In this document: positions 28,401-36,559 of the stretch, in pieces
How the letters are laid out: every line of letters begins with the position of its first letter
Numbering within the stretch: the first letter of the stretch is position 1
Assembly: GCA_963710755.1 (NCBI GenBank)
Contig: CAVQBK010000013.1
Coordinates: 224,001 to 288,000 of the forward strand
DNA from: an uncultured bacterium
GTDB lineage: Bacteria; Oederibacteriota; JAAXVQ01; JAUVAV01
Direction of reading: 5' to 3'
Length of the DNA stretch: 64,000 nucleotides
Position numbers and translations under genes: made by a program
The notes under the pieces: model-generated
Databases searched by the model: none
Told to the model about the DNA's origin: nothing
Seen by the model: the letters and a program-made list of their open reading frames with translations, nothing else

Positions 28401-31400
28401 AGGGGCTGCCAGATGTTCCAGTATAGGTAATAGCTTAACCAGCATCTCAATGACCCGTCCTCGCAAGGTGCGGGGATAAGCAATGGATTTCAATACCTCT
28501 AAATAATTAAACCGTTCCCGGTTGATGTCCCTTTCTTCCCCTGCCTCGAGCTGACCCAGGTAATTGGCCCCGCCTAAACGGCTCACATAGTAATCCGCCG
28601 GCAAGCCGCGAAAGCCCATATTCATTGCATAGAGCACCAACTGGCGGGCAATCTGCATAGTCAAGCCATCCTGGTATTGCCCAGGATGGTTTGGTTCTTT
28701 GGGATTAAGCGCATCTTGGGTGGTGGAACAAACTTCATAAGTATAAGTTCCGCCGCCCGGTGCCTGTGCGGCTTTGGGTTTGGCACCATAGCGCCCTGCC
28801 AGGGCTTGACTGAACTGTTCTCTAACCTTCTGTGCCAGAAGGCCGTAAGTGGCTTTAAAAGGAATGCCGTCATGACAGCCCGCCAGATTGACGATCTGGC
28901 GGTTGACAAAGCCTTTGGCCTGCTTTTGGAACTCGGTATAGACCTTGACTGATTTAGCCCAGATGGCCTCCAACCCCAAAGTATAAGCGGCAAAATTATA
29001 AACTTTACTGACCTCCGGCCGTTGCTCTCTTTCCAGATAGGTCTCTATGGCTTCCATTTTTTCATTGACTTCACCCACGGTTTCCACATAGGGTGCCGCA
29101 TAATTGAGTACCATCTCCAGCGCTTGTAGTAATTGATGGGTTTCAGGCAAATGCATGGCCTGCGTTTTCATACGCTTCACAATATAGCCTACAGCATCAA
29201 AACGTATCATGGTAGCGCCTTGGGTAATGTAAAACAACAGCACCTTGGACAGTTCCAGAAAGACTTGGGGATTGTCATAATTCCAATCAGTCTGACGTGT
29301 ATCAATGGTACCGTCGCTGCGGTCCGGCCGGGTAAAGGTGGTATACGCATAGGCTTGGCCCAGAATTCTCACCTGCTGGGCTGGCACTTTTATTTGCAAT
29401 CGTGCAGTTTGCAAGCGCTCTTGTTCAGAAGGTACATCAGGCACCAGCTGCCATTGACCGTCTTTAAGCTGAAGGGCTTGATAGGTAAGACCGTAGGGCT
29501 TACCATAGATGGCCTGTAAAATAATTTGGCTCGAACCATCAGGCAAAGGCACATGGGCTTCAGCCACGAAATAAGGCGTAAAAGGTCGACCAAGGCGGGG
29601 CCGGATGAAGGAATCCGTGTCTTCCACCGGTGGCAGGTCGTCATATATTTTGACGAAACTTTTATAAGGCGCATAGGTCTGATAACGCGGGTCGTCGTGA
29701 TTAAGAAAATGCTCAATCAAGGCTTTTTGCACCCAGGGACCGTCGCTGGAACCGTGCAATGCGGAAAAATCAAACATCAGATCAGCATAACGGCTGAGTT
29801 GTTTAATATCTTTCCATGTACCCAGATCAGGACTGACTTTTTTCAAATCAATGGGTGAATACCCATTATCCACATCGGACGGGTAAAAGGGCGCAAGGTG
29901 GATCATTTTAAGTTTAAGGCGTTTGGCCATTTTTAACAGTACTTGCAAAGGCAATAAATTGCCATGAGGGTCCACAAAAGAATTGCCGTAAACCATGGTC
30001 AAAAGATCAGCCTGGGAAAAGCGGCGCAGGTGCTGCAGTTTGGCCCATTGCGCCGGCGTCAATTGGCTGCGAAAGGTCTTGACCGCGGCGATCAGCTCAT
30101 CCACCAAGGTGCCGGTCTTATCCCCATAAAAGGAACTCAGTTGACTGATCATGGCTGATCGAAATTGATATTGCGCCTGTTCTGCCTGAAGCATAGCAGG
30201 AGAAGATTCCTTAACGGCTTGAGCCCCTGAAGTGTAGGCGTCCTGCTCTCTTAACATGGTTGTGGCAGCCTGGGTCCGCGTTGCACCCTTGGTGCTGGGT
30301 TGGCCCTCAGCCGTGACCGGGACCAAGGCGGCTTGGCTTCTCCAAGGCCGGGTTAAACTCAGGATCATCACCGCCATGGCCATGGCGAGCATGGCCTGTG
30401 GAGACGTCAGCGTCAACAACGAAGCCCAAGCCAAATGAGCACCGGCATAGGCTGCAACCAAGGTTGAGATCCAAAACCAGGGCCCGCGATGGCCAAAAAG
30501 ATGAACTGGTTGCAACGCAGGATTTAAGGCAGCGGCCAGGTTCTTTAAAAAATCACGGTCAAGCTTTTGGAAAGCCACCACATCTACAGTGGGCAGTCTG
30601 GAAAAAACGGCCTTACCATGGGTCATGACCAAGGCCTTGGCTTTTTGGGAAAAGGTGCCGCCCACAGCCGTGAGCAGCAATAAAGGCTGTTTACGATTTT
30701 TTAAGGCCACACGATGCAGGCGGACACCCGGGGGCAAAGGCACGGGTGAAAACTCTTCTGTCCAGGTTTCTCCTTCCTGCTGCAGCCAGGTTTGCAGTAC
30801 TTGCTTTTGACTGTTATTCAACCGCTCTCCCTGGTGACGGGCCAGGGCGCCCAAAAGCAAGGCCATGACACGGTTACTCCATGGCGACTGCAACCATGAG
30901 GGCAGCGCAAAAAAGCGTTCATCCTTTTTTAATAACCTTTCCAGGGGTAAGGCTTTGCCCTGAAGCAAACTGAAATAAGGATTAAGACGGCCATGATTTT
31001 CCACCCGGGGTTTAACCGCCAAATAGCCGATATGTTGGGCTTTGAGGTACGCAAGAATCTTCGGTGTATGAAAACCGCCGGTGATCATTACTGCCAGTGA
31101 TTGGTCTTGCCGGTCCATGGCCTGCACCATGTTTCGGGCCAGGGCCAGGCTGCGCGCTTCTGCCAATTGATAAAACAGCTGAGCCTGGTCGAGATCCTGG
31201 TCCAGCTGATACAGGTCAGGCAGCATATACTCCACGGAGGCCAGCTGGTTTACAGGGCTCAACTTGGGATGTTTCTGGCGCAGATAGCGAATGAAACGCT
31301 CCATCCTGAACTCATTGCGATGCTTCAGAAAAAGAGCAAGTTCTTCAGGGGTGGCGGAAATGTTGAGCAGCTTTTCCATAAGATCAACCCTGGCCAGATA

Positions 31401-32249
31401 GTGTTGCAATTCCCTGGCCTGCGCGCTGGAATCAAGCCGCTTCTCAATGAGAGCGATCAGGCGGTCCATGGCCTGGATCAGAACATCAGGATCGGCGCTT
31501 CTTCTCTTCTCGACAATGGCCAGATCCAATGTATGTAACCCCAACCGTTTGGCCCAATGGCGCACCTTTTCAGCAAAAGACAGCCACTCCAGATCGCCCT
31601 TATGAAATGATTGGCATAGGTTGTCAAAAGCCATTAACCGCTGGTTATAAACTGAAGGTTTAAAATCACTCAACGCCTGACGCAAATCCATCAGTGTGCC
31701 CTGAGTCCCGGCATTAAGAAAGGCATGAATCTTTTTCAAACTCGCTGCATAAAGAAACTGGTTTTCAAGGCCAACGATTGACAAGGCCTGATGGTTATTA
31801 AGGGCCGCGTATTCAGCCCCCGTTAATTTGCCTTGGTCTAAAAAATAAGAAGTTACGTGGTCAAGATATACTTTAAAAGGAAAGCGCCGGAGATGGTCAA
31901 CCTTGATTGGTCCGGCAGCGCCTTCCTGACCGATAAGGGTCAGATGATGTTTTTGATTAAGCTCTTTAATAATGGCGGCAATATGGCGCTGCACGGCTTG
32001 GTCACAATGAAGGTCCTGCAACACAATGACTGTCTTCATCTTCCCTTTGTTTATGGCTTCCACAGTTCCCCAATCGGAGGGAATGCTAAGAGGTTTTCCC
32101 TTATAAATCAAATGTGGTTTAAGGGTCAGGGGTTGGTAATTGGATAGGTTAAAGGCAAAAGAAAGGTAAGGGCACAGTAAAATCGTGCAGCAAATTAAGG
32201 CCAATACTTTAACAAAATCCTTATTTCTCAATACAATCCATGGGAGCAT
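25404..32249 (-). CDS. 2281-aa multi-domain membrane protein: signal peptide, QDxH/EGA/GGFH N-terminal domain, TM hairpin, GH13_18 sugar-phosphorylase domain, two CPBP-like membrane modules and unknown soluble domains
   Basis: Uninterrupted ORF. GH13 motifs IHLAPFYP, DNGYSPID, RFDAVGY, GEVNE, CHDGIP and RDINR. Hydrophobic blocks at about aa 590-630, 1500-1600 and 1980-2077. Confidence 0.85.
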   Translation of the reverse strand: MLPWIVLRNKDFVKVLALICCTILLCPYLSFAFNLSNYQPLTLKPHLIYKGKPLSIPSDWGTVEAINKGKMKTVIVLQDLHCDQAVQRHIAAIIKELNQKHHLTLIGQEGAAGPIKVDHLRRFPFKVYLDHVTSYFLDQGKLTGAEYAALNNHQALSIVGLENQFLYAASLKKIHAFLNAGTQGTLMDLRQALSDFKPSVYNQRLMAFDNLCQSFHKGDLEWLSFAEKVRHWAKRLGLHTLDLAIVEKRRSADPDVLIQAMDRLIALIEKRLDSSAQARELQHYLARVDLMEKLLNISATPEELALFLKHRNEFRMERFIRYLRQKHPKLSPVNQLASVEYMLPDLYQLDQDLDQAQLFYQLAEARSLALARNMVQAMDRQDQSLAVMITGGFHTPKILAYLKAQHIGYLAVKPRVENHGRLNPYFSLLQGKALPLERLLKKDERFFALPSWLQSPWSNRVMALLLGALARHQGERLNNSQKQVLQTWLQQEGETWTEEFSPVPLPPGVRLHRVALKNRKQPLLLLTAVGGTFSQKAKALVMTHGKAVFSRLPTVDVVAFQKLDRDFLKNLAAALNPALQPVHLFGHRGPWFWISTLVAAYAGAHLAWASLLTLTSPQAMLAMAMAVMILSLTRPWRSQAALVPVTAEGQPSTKGATRTQAATTMLREQDAYTSGAQAVKESSPAMLQAEQAQYQFRSAMISQLSSFYGDKTGTLVDELIAAVKTFRSQLTPAQWAKLQHLRRFSQADLLTMVYGNSFVDPHGNLLPLQVLLKMAKRLKLKMIHLAPFYPSDVDNGYSPIDLKKVSPDLGTWKDIKQLSRYADLMFDFSALHGSSDGPWVQKALIEHFLNHDDPRYQTYAPYKSFVKIYDDLPPVEDTDSFIRPRLGRPFTPYFVAEAHVPLPDGSSQIILQAIYGKPYGLTYQALQLKDGQWQLVPDVPSEQERLQTARLQIKVPAQQVRILGQAYAYTTFTRPDRSDGTIDTRQTDWNYDNPQVFLELSKVLLFYITQGATMIRFDAVGYIVKRMKTQAMHLPETHQLLQALEMVLNYAAPYVETVGEVNEKMEAIETYLEREQRPEVSKVYNFAAYTLGLEAIWAKSVKVYTEFQKQAKGFVNRQIVNLAGCHDGIPFKATYGLLAQKVREQFSQALAGRYGAKPKAAQAPGGGTYTYEVCSTTQDALNPKEPNHPGQYQDGLTMQIARQLVLYAMNMGFRGLPADYYVSRLGGANYLGQLEAGEERDINRERFNYLEVLKSIAYPRTLRGRVIEMLVKLLPILEHLAAPISPGLTAQLRSFHRQLDKRRDRMGLINQAKEKLFAVRARENAFDPNGPPVVVLDAHNDAVLCRFYESPDGMDFIVDLLNVSDQPQQVRVPLNQVSRMGQTFHDLLSRKRIDLKNNQLIITLKPYQVMWLKTTATALPDEAHQARLYQYSQAYKRKAFVYQPPAGDKEGPGVVGLPDLVWQEAGAIPMLILWNQRLMQTRFGQWWQGRQGADYFPTAWRVESWPLWGIGLFGAAQYLTNGSLLPMSLGVLLYWTAFAFFHWVMPSSLTPEQKAQAYANAKRATRLALVNIGMAGMIFSLAGTSSLTLTLWAGLLAIGPWLNWKQGRRSDAARSSLDLSGLNGLRRAMKAYLTQFYEDASWVSGRFGDQHIEIKSRFDQSVKLVLERRPIQDADVWYDVRTEDGRSVARFSAFYAEDNRTLILSNIGKMDADLYSRLRVPEVLFDFSRQTAPHINIPHVLFPQSLAGLFFTYASATRLRGDQNRIIDLLEETIPPHGLPTGQSFSDEALVKHELTVFENILSQAWDKLRVQQPRFASQAKARRTGVKLAWLLWQKNHDLRQAAVAYAAGVLLTWSRNSGTLESYRKAYAQALTNGDADKAVIREVQTEILEPLFQKYKAILGWDLQRLAEALLMDPDQPEAQDNPYSQAIRQTSLAPTRPRGASYLWFKVHHWVRAHLLRLSNDHYHWTDFEQRAHWIETTYVWLAILAGLALTTWISSGDLMLLWDSLTTIGGSWAKALSATGWLGLYASAHLDRHTPQANLKVAARITAMVTVAHLLPLLMVIPLAYIIHGLVNYQGESRRLNQARAKAEQLTSFSPWALRFGPNMDMPASLVKPQKQASAWSLAGLLIKAILARRRLSVTTPPLKATVHLSDGDQLTLLAALANQDELLWRNLLKVKQVRLMALPASVGPWTYGLGLRQGQWLVRQGQIVTLYLPYHLARQLNAYQEQRPDRSVLTWLERLTAYAAYRYFLIRFPAGKEHRQWPRRPVFIRGLGQAA

Positions 32250-32697
32250 GCCATCATCCCGAAATTATTTTGTTAAATGTTATTGATCTATTTAGGCAAT
32301 AATTCAATCTACCCTTACTTTAACCATATCATAATTTAGAATGATTACAAAATCATATTGTAAATAAAATGTTTGAAATTAATAATCATTTCTTGAGGCG
32401 TTTCAATAAAGTACATAAAATCGATTTTTTACAGGGACTATTAACTATGGCTGTCACCGTTTTTAAGGCGAAATTTTTATTTTTTTTATCAATATAAGTA
32501 AAATGGAATACACAGCACCTGTAGGTCCTGTTGTAAGGGATGGTAAAACCTGAAATACTATAATTTTACGTTTAAACAGGGGATGTAACAAGATTTCAAC
32601 AACCATGGTGTTAGGAGACAGGGCAACAAAACATGGCTTAATAGACATAAAGGCTATAGGATCGTATCCGTTCTGGTAAACTGTAATAATCCAAACT

Positions 32698-32888
32698 TAA
32701 TCGCTCCGTCATTTCCAGTTCTAATCATTGATTAGTATTTATTACTTTAATACGCCATAGCGAATTCCCCGCCTTTAAAGCGGGATAAAGCGATTAGAAA
32801 TGACAATCTTCTCCATATAGGATCCAATATGGGATCCCTCCCCGTGATTAAGCACGGAGTAGGTGAAGCCATTAAGTCTTAAGACTTA
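32698..32888. mobile_element. Palindrome cluster resembling IS200/IS605 ends (non-autonomous relic)
   Basis: GCGAATTCCCCGCCTTTAAAGCGGGATAAAGCG and CCCCGTGATTAAGCACGGAG hairpins plus further palindromes. No transposase ORF. Confidence 0.35.
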
Positions 32889-33143
32889 TCTTTTTAGTTT
32901 TAAAAACTACCCCGTTGGATCTATGGAGGAAGTATTTGCGAAAAGGATTATTTTTTCAACCTTTTCGCAACCTAAGGCTGCCCTCATTCGACTGCCGCCT
33001 TTCGAAATGGCCCTAATAAAAAATTTCGACGTAAAAAGCTCAGTCTGCGGCCGCATTGTTTTTTCAAGTGTGCTGACCGTGCTTGTCAGATCAAGTTTGA
33101 GCTATTACATATTAAGACTATAAAACCCTATTTAATATGGCAA

Positions 33144-33185
33144 CGGACTGAAAGGTCCGGGGTTTATGCCGGCCCCTTCAGTCCG
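33144..33185 (-). terminator. Stem-loop downstream of hsp20 (2)
   Basis: CGGACTGAA...TTCAGTCCG long hairpin 30 nt after the stop; the U-tract is weak. Confidence 0.5.
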
Positions 33186-33215
33186 CCCTATGTAAACACC
33201 CTATGCCTTTTGGAG

Positions 33216-33653
33216 TCAGGCAATAGGAATGACTTTGGACTTGGCTTCTTCAGCTTTAGGCAGGATCAGTTCCAGAACGCCGTTTTCCAATGTTGCTTTA
33301 ATCTCATCAACCTTAATTGCATTAGGTAAAGTGAAGGTTCTGGAAAAGGAACCGTAAACTCTTTCCTGGTGATGGAATTTATCTTCTTTCTCGGCCTTAA
33401 CATCATGCTTTTCCCCCTCAATGGAAAGATTGTTTTTTTCCAAATTGATTTTAATGTCTTCTTTTTTAACACCCGCCACTTCCATTTCAATTTTAAAATA
33501 GTCCTGCGCTTCCATAACATCGGTGCGCGGGGACCAAATTCCCCGGCCGCTGGGATCACCTGTTAATCCCTGATTGACGGTGCTAAGCAAAGCCTCCATT
33601 TCTCTTTCCCATTGGTTCAACCCTGATGCACTTGGCCATTTTACTAAAGTCAT
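33216..33653 (-). CDS. Hsp20/alpha-crystallin small heat-shock protein (second paralog)
   Basis: WSPRTDVME, ERVYGSFSRTFTLP and ATLENGVLEL. GGAGG RBS before ATG 33653. Confidence 0.95.
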   Translation of the reverse strand: MTLVKWPSASGLNQWEREMEALLSTVNQGLTGDPSGRGIWSPRTDVMEAQDYFKIEMEVAGVKKEDIKINLEKNNLSIEGEKHDVKAEKEDKFHHQERVYGSFSRTFTLPNAIKVDEIKATLENGVLELILPKAEEAKSKVIPIA

Positions 33654-33693
33654 TGGTCTTGCCTCCTTCATTTTTTTTAGTGCATCTTTATAG

Positions 33694-33710
33694 AGCAGGG
33701 ATCATGCCAA
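33694..33710 (-). promoter_or_regulatory. sigma54 promoter of hsp20 (2)
   Basis: TTGGCATGATCCCTGCT (GG-N10-GC). Confidence 0.72.
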
Positions 33711-33861
33711 TTTGCCATAATATTTTTTTATTTAAATTTTAAGGATTTTATTTGAGAAACAGCACTGGGTGGGCTCAATGGTTTACATCAGATGATCTAA
33801 AGTTAAACATCCCTTATTTCATTTTGAGTCATCCTGGACAAATAGATATGTTAGGGACATT

Positions 33862-33920
33862 AAAAAAGTAGCAGGGTACAGGCAACTTGTCCCGTGTAGG
33901 CCGGATGGCCTGTACCCTAC
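33862..33920 (-). terminator. Terminator of hcp (GTAG-headed hairpin)
   Basis: Minus strand reads GTAGGGTACAGGC...GCCTGTACCCTGC then TACTTTTTT. Confidence 0.65.
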
Positions 33921-33967
33921 TCATGCGACCAAGAGGGTCGTGACGGTCTTGGCACCACAAGAACAAT

Positions 33968-35590
33968 CTAGGCTGTTTTAACCAAAGGCATGTCTTGGGC
34001 TGGTGTCGTAACCGGCCCGATATTATAGGCCTTGACCAGGATGTCCAGCACCGAGGGGGTCACAAAGGCCGGCAGGCTGGGGCCGAGCTTAATATTTTTG
34101 ATTCCCAGGTGAAGCAAGGTCAAAAGAATGGTCACGGCCTTTTGTTCATACCAGGAAAGCAGAAACGTCAGGGGCAAGCCATTAACATCAGTGCCAAAGG
34201 CATCAGCTAAAGCACCGGCAATTTTAATGGCCGAGTAAGCATCATTACACTGGCCGATATCAAGCAGCCGTGGAATGCCGCCAATGTCACCGAATTCCAA
34301 TTTATTAAATCTATACTTGCCGCAAGCCAACGTCAGAATCACGCTGTCCGGCGAGGCGGCCAGGGCTGCATCGGTATAATAATTGCGCCCCGATTTGGCG
34401 CCGTCACAACCGCCGATCAGATAAAAATGCTTGATCTTGCCCTGCTTGACAGCCTCCACCACCTTATCAGCCACGCCCAGCACAGCATGGTGGCCAAACC
34501 CAATGGTGATGCGCTTTTCCTCCTCAGCGGTGGTAAAGCCGGCTGCTGCCTGTGCGGCCGCAATGACCGGTGAGAAATCCTTGTCTGCAATATGGGTTAC
34601 CCCTGGCCAGCCCACCATGCCCGTGGTAAAGATGCGGCTTAGGTAAGTGTCTTTGGGGCGCTGGATACAATTGGTGGTCATGAGAATAGCACCGGGGAAA
34701 GCATCGAATTCCTGCCGTTGATCCTGCCAGGCACCGCCATAATTACCAACCAAGTGACTGTATTTTTTCAACCCTGGATAAGCATTGGCCGGCAGCATTT
34801 CACCATGGGTGTAGATGTTGATGCCCTTGCCTTCCGTCTGCTGCAGCAATAATTCCAGATCTTTCAAATCATGGCCTGACACCAGGATGGCCTTGCCCGG
34901 TACCGGTGTGATGCGCACCTGAGTGGGTTCTGGATGACCGTAGGCTCCGGTGTTGGCCTCATCCAGCAACGCCATAACCTTTAAATTCAATTCACCGGTT
35001 TCCAGGCTCTTGGCCAGCAAATCATTGGCGTCCGTGGGGTTGCCTGCCAGGTAGGCCAGCAGTTCATGAAATTTGGCATAGAGAGCATCATCCTTTTTAC
35101 CCAACACCCGGGCATGATCGGCATAGGCCGCTGCCCCCCTGAGCCCATAATTAATCAACTCTTGCAAACCCGCCACATCCTTGCCATATTTTTCCTGCCT
35201 GGCAACAATACCAACAGCCTGAGCTTGGGCGCGCTGGTCTGATTTGGTTTTGGCCGGCATAAGCGTCACCGCCTCCGGCCATTCCTGGTGCCCTGCCTGG
35301 ACCATCTGCCTGGCTTTTTCTCTGACGCTCACCGCTTGTTCAATAAGCGCTTCGATCCGGTCGGCATCAAAATCCACATTGGTGACCGTGGCAAAGAGGG
35401 CTTCCATGACAAAAGCATCAAGGCTGTTGTCGGTTTTCCCTTCCTGTCTGGCCTGGTGAGCCAGTACACTGATGCCCTTAGTGATAAAAAACAATAAATC
35501 CTGCAGATCGGCGGTCTCCTGGTCCTTGCCGCAATTGCCGGCCACGGTGCATCCTCCATTAACGGTTTGTTCACACTGATAACAAAACAT
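33968..35590 (-). CDS. hcp: Hybrid cluster protein (hydroxylamine/NO reductase), class I spacing
   Basis: MFCYQCEQT with C-X2-C-X7-C-X5-C, SGHDL, THGEM, TTNC, GGCDG, ACGKYRFN, GQCND and SWYEQKA. Confidence 0.97.
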   Translation of the reverse strand: MFCYQCEQTVNGGCTVAGNCGKDQETADLQDLLFFITKGISVLAHQARQEGKTDNSLDAFVMEALFATVTNVDFDADRIEALIEQAVSVREKARQMVQAGHQEWPEAVTLMPAKTKSDQRAQAQAVGIVARQEKYGKDVAGLQELINYGLRGAAAYADHARVLGKKDDALYAKFHELLAYLAGNPTDANDLLAKSLETGELNLKVMALLDEANTGAYGHPEPTQVRITPVPGKAILVSGHDLKDLELLLQQTEGKGINIYTHGEMLPANAYPGLKKYSHLVGNYGGAWQDQRQEFDAFPGAILMTTNCIQRPKDTYLSRIFTTGMVGWPGVTHIADKDFSPVIAAAQAAAGFTTAEEEKRITIGFGHHAVLGVADKVVEAVKQGKIKHFYLIGGCDGAKSGRNYYTDAALAASPDSVILTLACGKYRFNKLEFGDIGGIPRLLDIGQCNDAYSAIKIAGALADAFGTDVNGLPLTFLLSWYEQKAVTILLTLLHLGIKNIKLGPSLPAFVTPSVLDILVKAYNIGPVTTPAQDMPLVKTA

Positions 35591-35659
35591 GTTCTTTCCT
35601 CCTTAATTTAATGGTTAATTTCTGTTGCGGAATGACAATTATTAATGCCGGGGCTGTGT

Positions 35660-35689
35660 GCAGGGTAAGGGTTCCAACCCACTCCCTAC
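35660..35689 (-). repeat. GTAG-headed REP-like palindrome
   Basis: GTAGGG-AGT-GGGTT-GG-AACCC-TTA-CCCTGC. Confidence 0.4.
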
Positions 35690-35711
35690 CTCAACCAAAT
35701 ATAGCCGTCAT

Positions 35712-36557
35712 CTAATCCAGCACTTCCCCGCGCACGCTGATATTGACTTGGGCCAGGGGAATGATTTTTCCCGATTGTTTTATAGCCTGCTTTACCAATT
35801 GCCCCAGGCCGAAGCAACAGGGCACTTCCATATGCACCACGGTAATGGAGCGGATATTATTTTGTTGGAACAAGGCCGTAAGTTTTTCCGTGTAATGGAC
35901 GCTGTCGTCAAGCTTGGGACACCCCATTATGGGAATTTTGTTGGACATGAAATCAGCGTGAAAATTAGCATAACTCATGGGCACGCAATCGGCGGCAATG
36001 AGCAGATCCGCCTCTTTGAAATAAGGGGCATTGACAGGCACCAGCATGAGCTGAACCGGCCAGGTCTTCAACTGGGAAACCTGCCGGACGGCAGAAGATG
36101 GTAAATCCGGAGCTGCTTTGGTTTCCGGTTGGGCCAAATTCATGACCCGCGATCCTGGGCAACCACTTGACATGGATTTTTCCTCCTTTTTGTTATATTT
36201 AGGTACTTGAATTCCTTTTTCATTCAAAACATTAAGAGCTTCTTCATAGAAAGCTTGTGCGCCATGGGCTTTGAGATGTTCCAAATGGGCATGGACTGTG
36301 TTCATGCCTTTGGGAATCATCTGTTCCATGACCGCAGCCTCATCATAGGGTTCTGCTTCTCTTTGCTCCAGGGTAATGGCACCCTGGGGACAATGGCCCA
36401 GACAGGCCCCGAGACCATCACAAAAGAGATCGCTGACCAGGCGGGCTTTTTGATCAATGATTTGCAAGGCCCCTTCCATGCAATTAGGCACGCACAGGCC
36501 GCAACCATTGCACTTGCTTTCATCAATCTTGATAATTGGTCGCTGTTTTCCAGCCAT
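35712..36557 (-). CDS. 2x[4Fe-4S] ferredoxin-domain protein with C-terminal Cys-rich domain (hcp-associated)
   Basis: CNGCGLCVPNC, CDGLGACLGHCP, GCPG, WPVQL, AADC, GCPKLD and MEVPCC. Confidence 0.9.
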   Translation of the reverse strand: MAGKQRPIIKIDESKCNGCGLCVPNCMEGALQIIDQKARLVSDLFCDGLGACLGHCPQGAITLEQREAEPYDEAAVMEQMIPKGMNTVHAHLEHLKAHGAQAFYEEALNVLNEKGIQVPKYNKKEEKSMSSGCPGSRVMNLAQPETKAAPDLPSSAVRQVSQLKTWPVQLMLVPVNAPYFKEADLLIAADCVPMSYANFHADFMSNKIPIMGCPKLDDSVHYTEKLTALFQQNNIRSITVVHMEVPCCFGLGQLVKQAIKQSGKIIPLAQVNISVRGEVLD

Positions 36558-36559
36558 GT

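Noticed and set aside
32463-33123. ORFs 32463-32648 (-) and 32863-33123 (+)
   Set aside because: No RBS or motifs, in an AT-rich palindromic intergenic region; probably spurious.
15602-33653. Two co-oriented hsp20 genes as direct-repeat boundaries of a genomic island
   Set aside because: The paralogs are well diverged, and no integrase, att site or tRNA is present.
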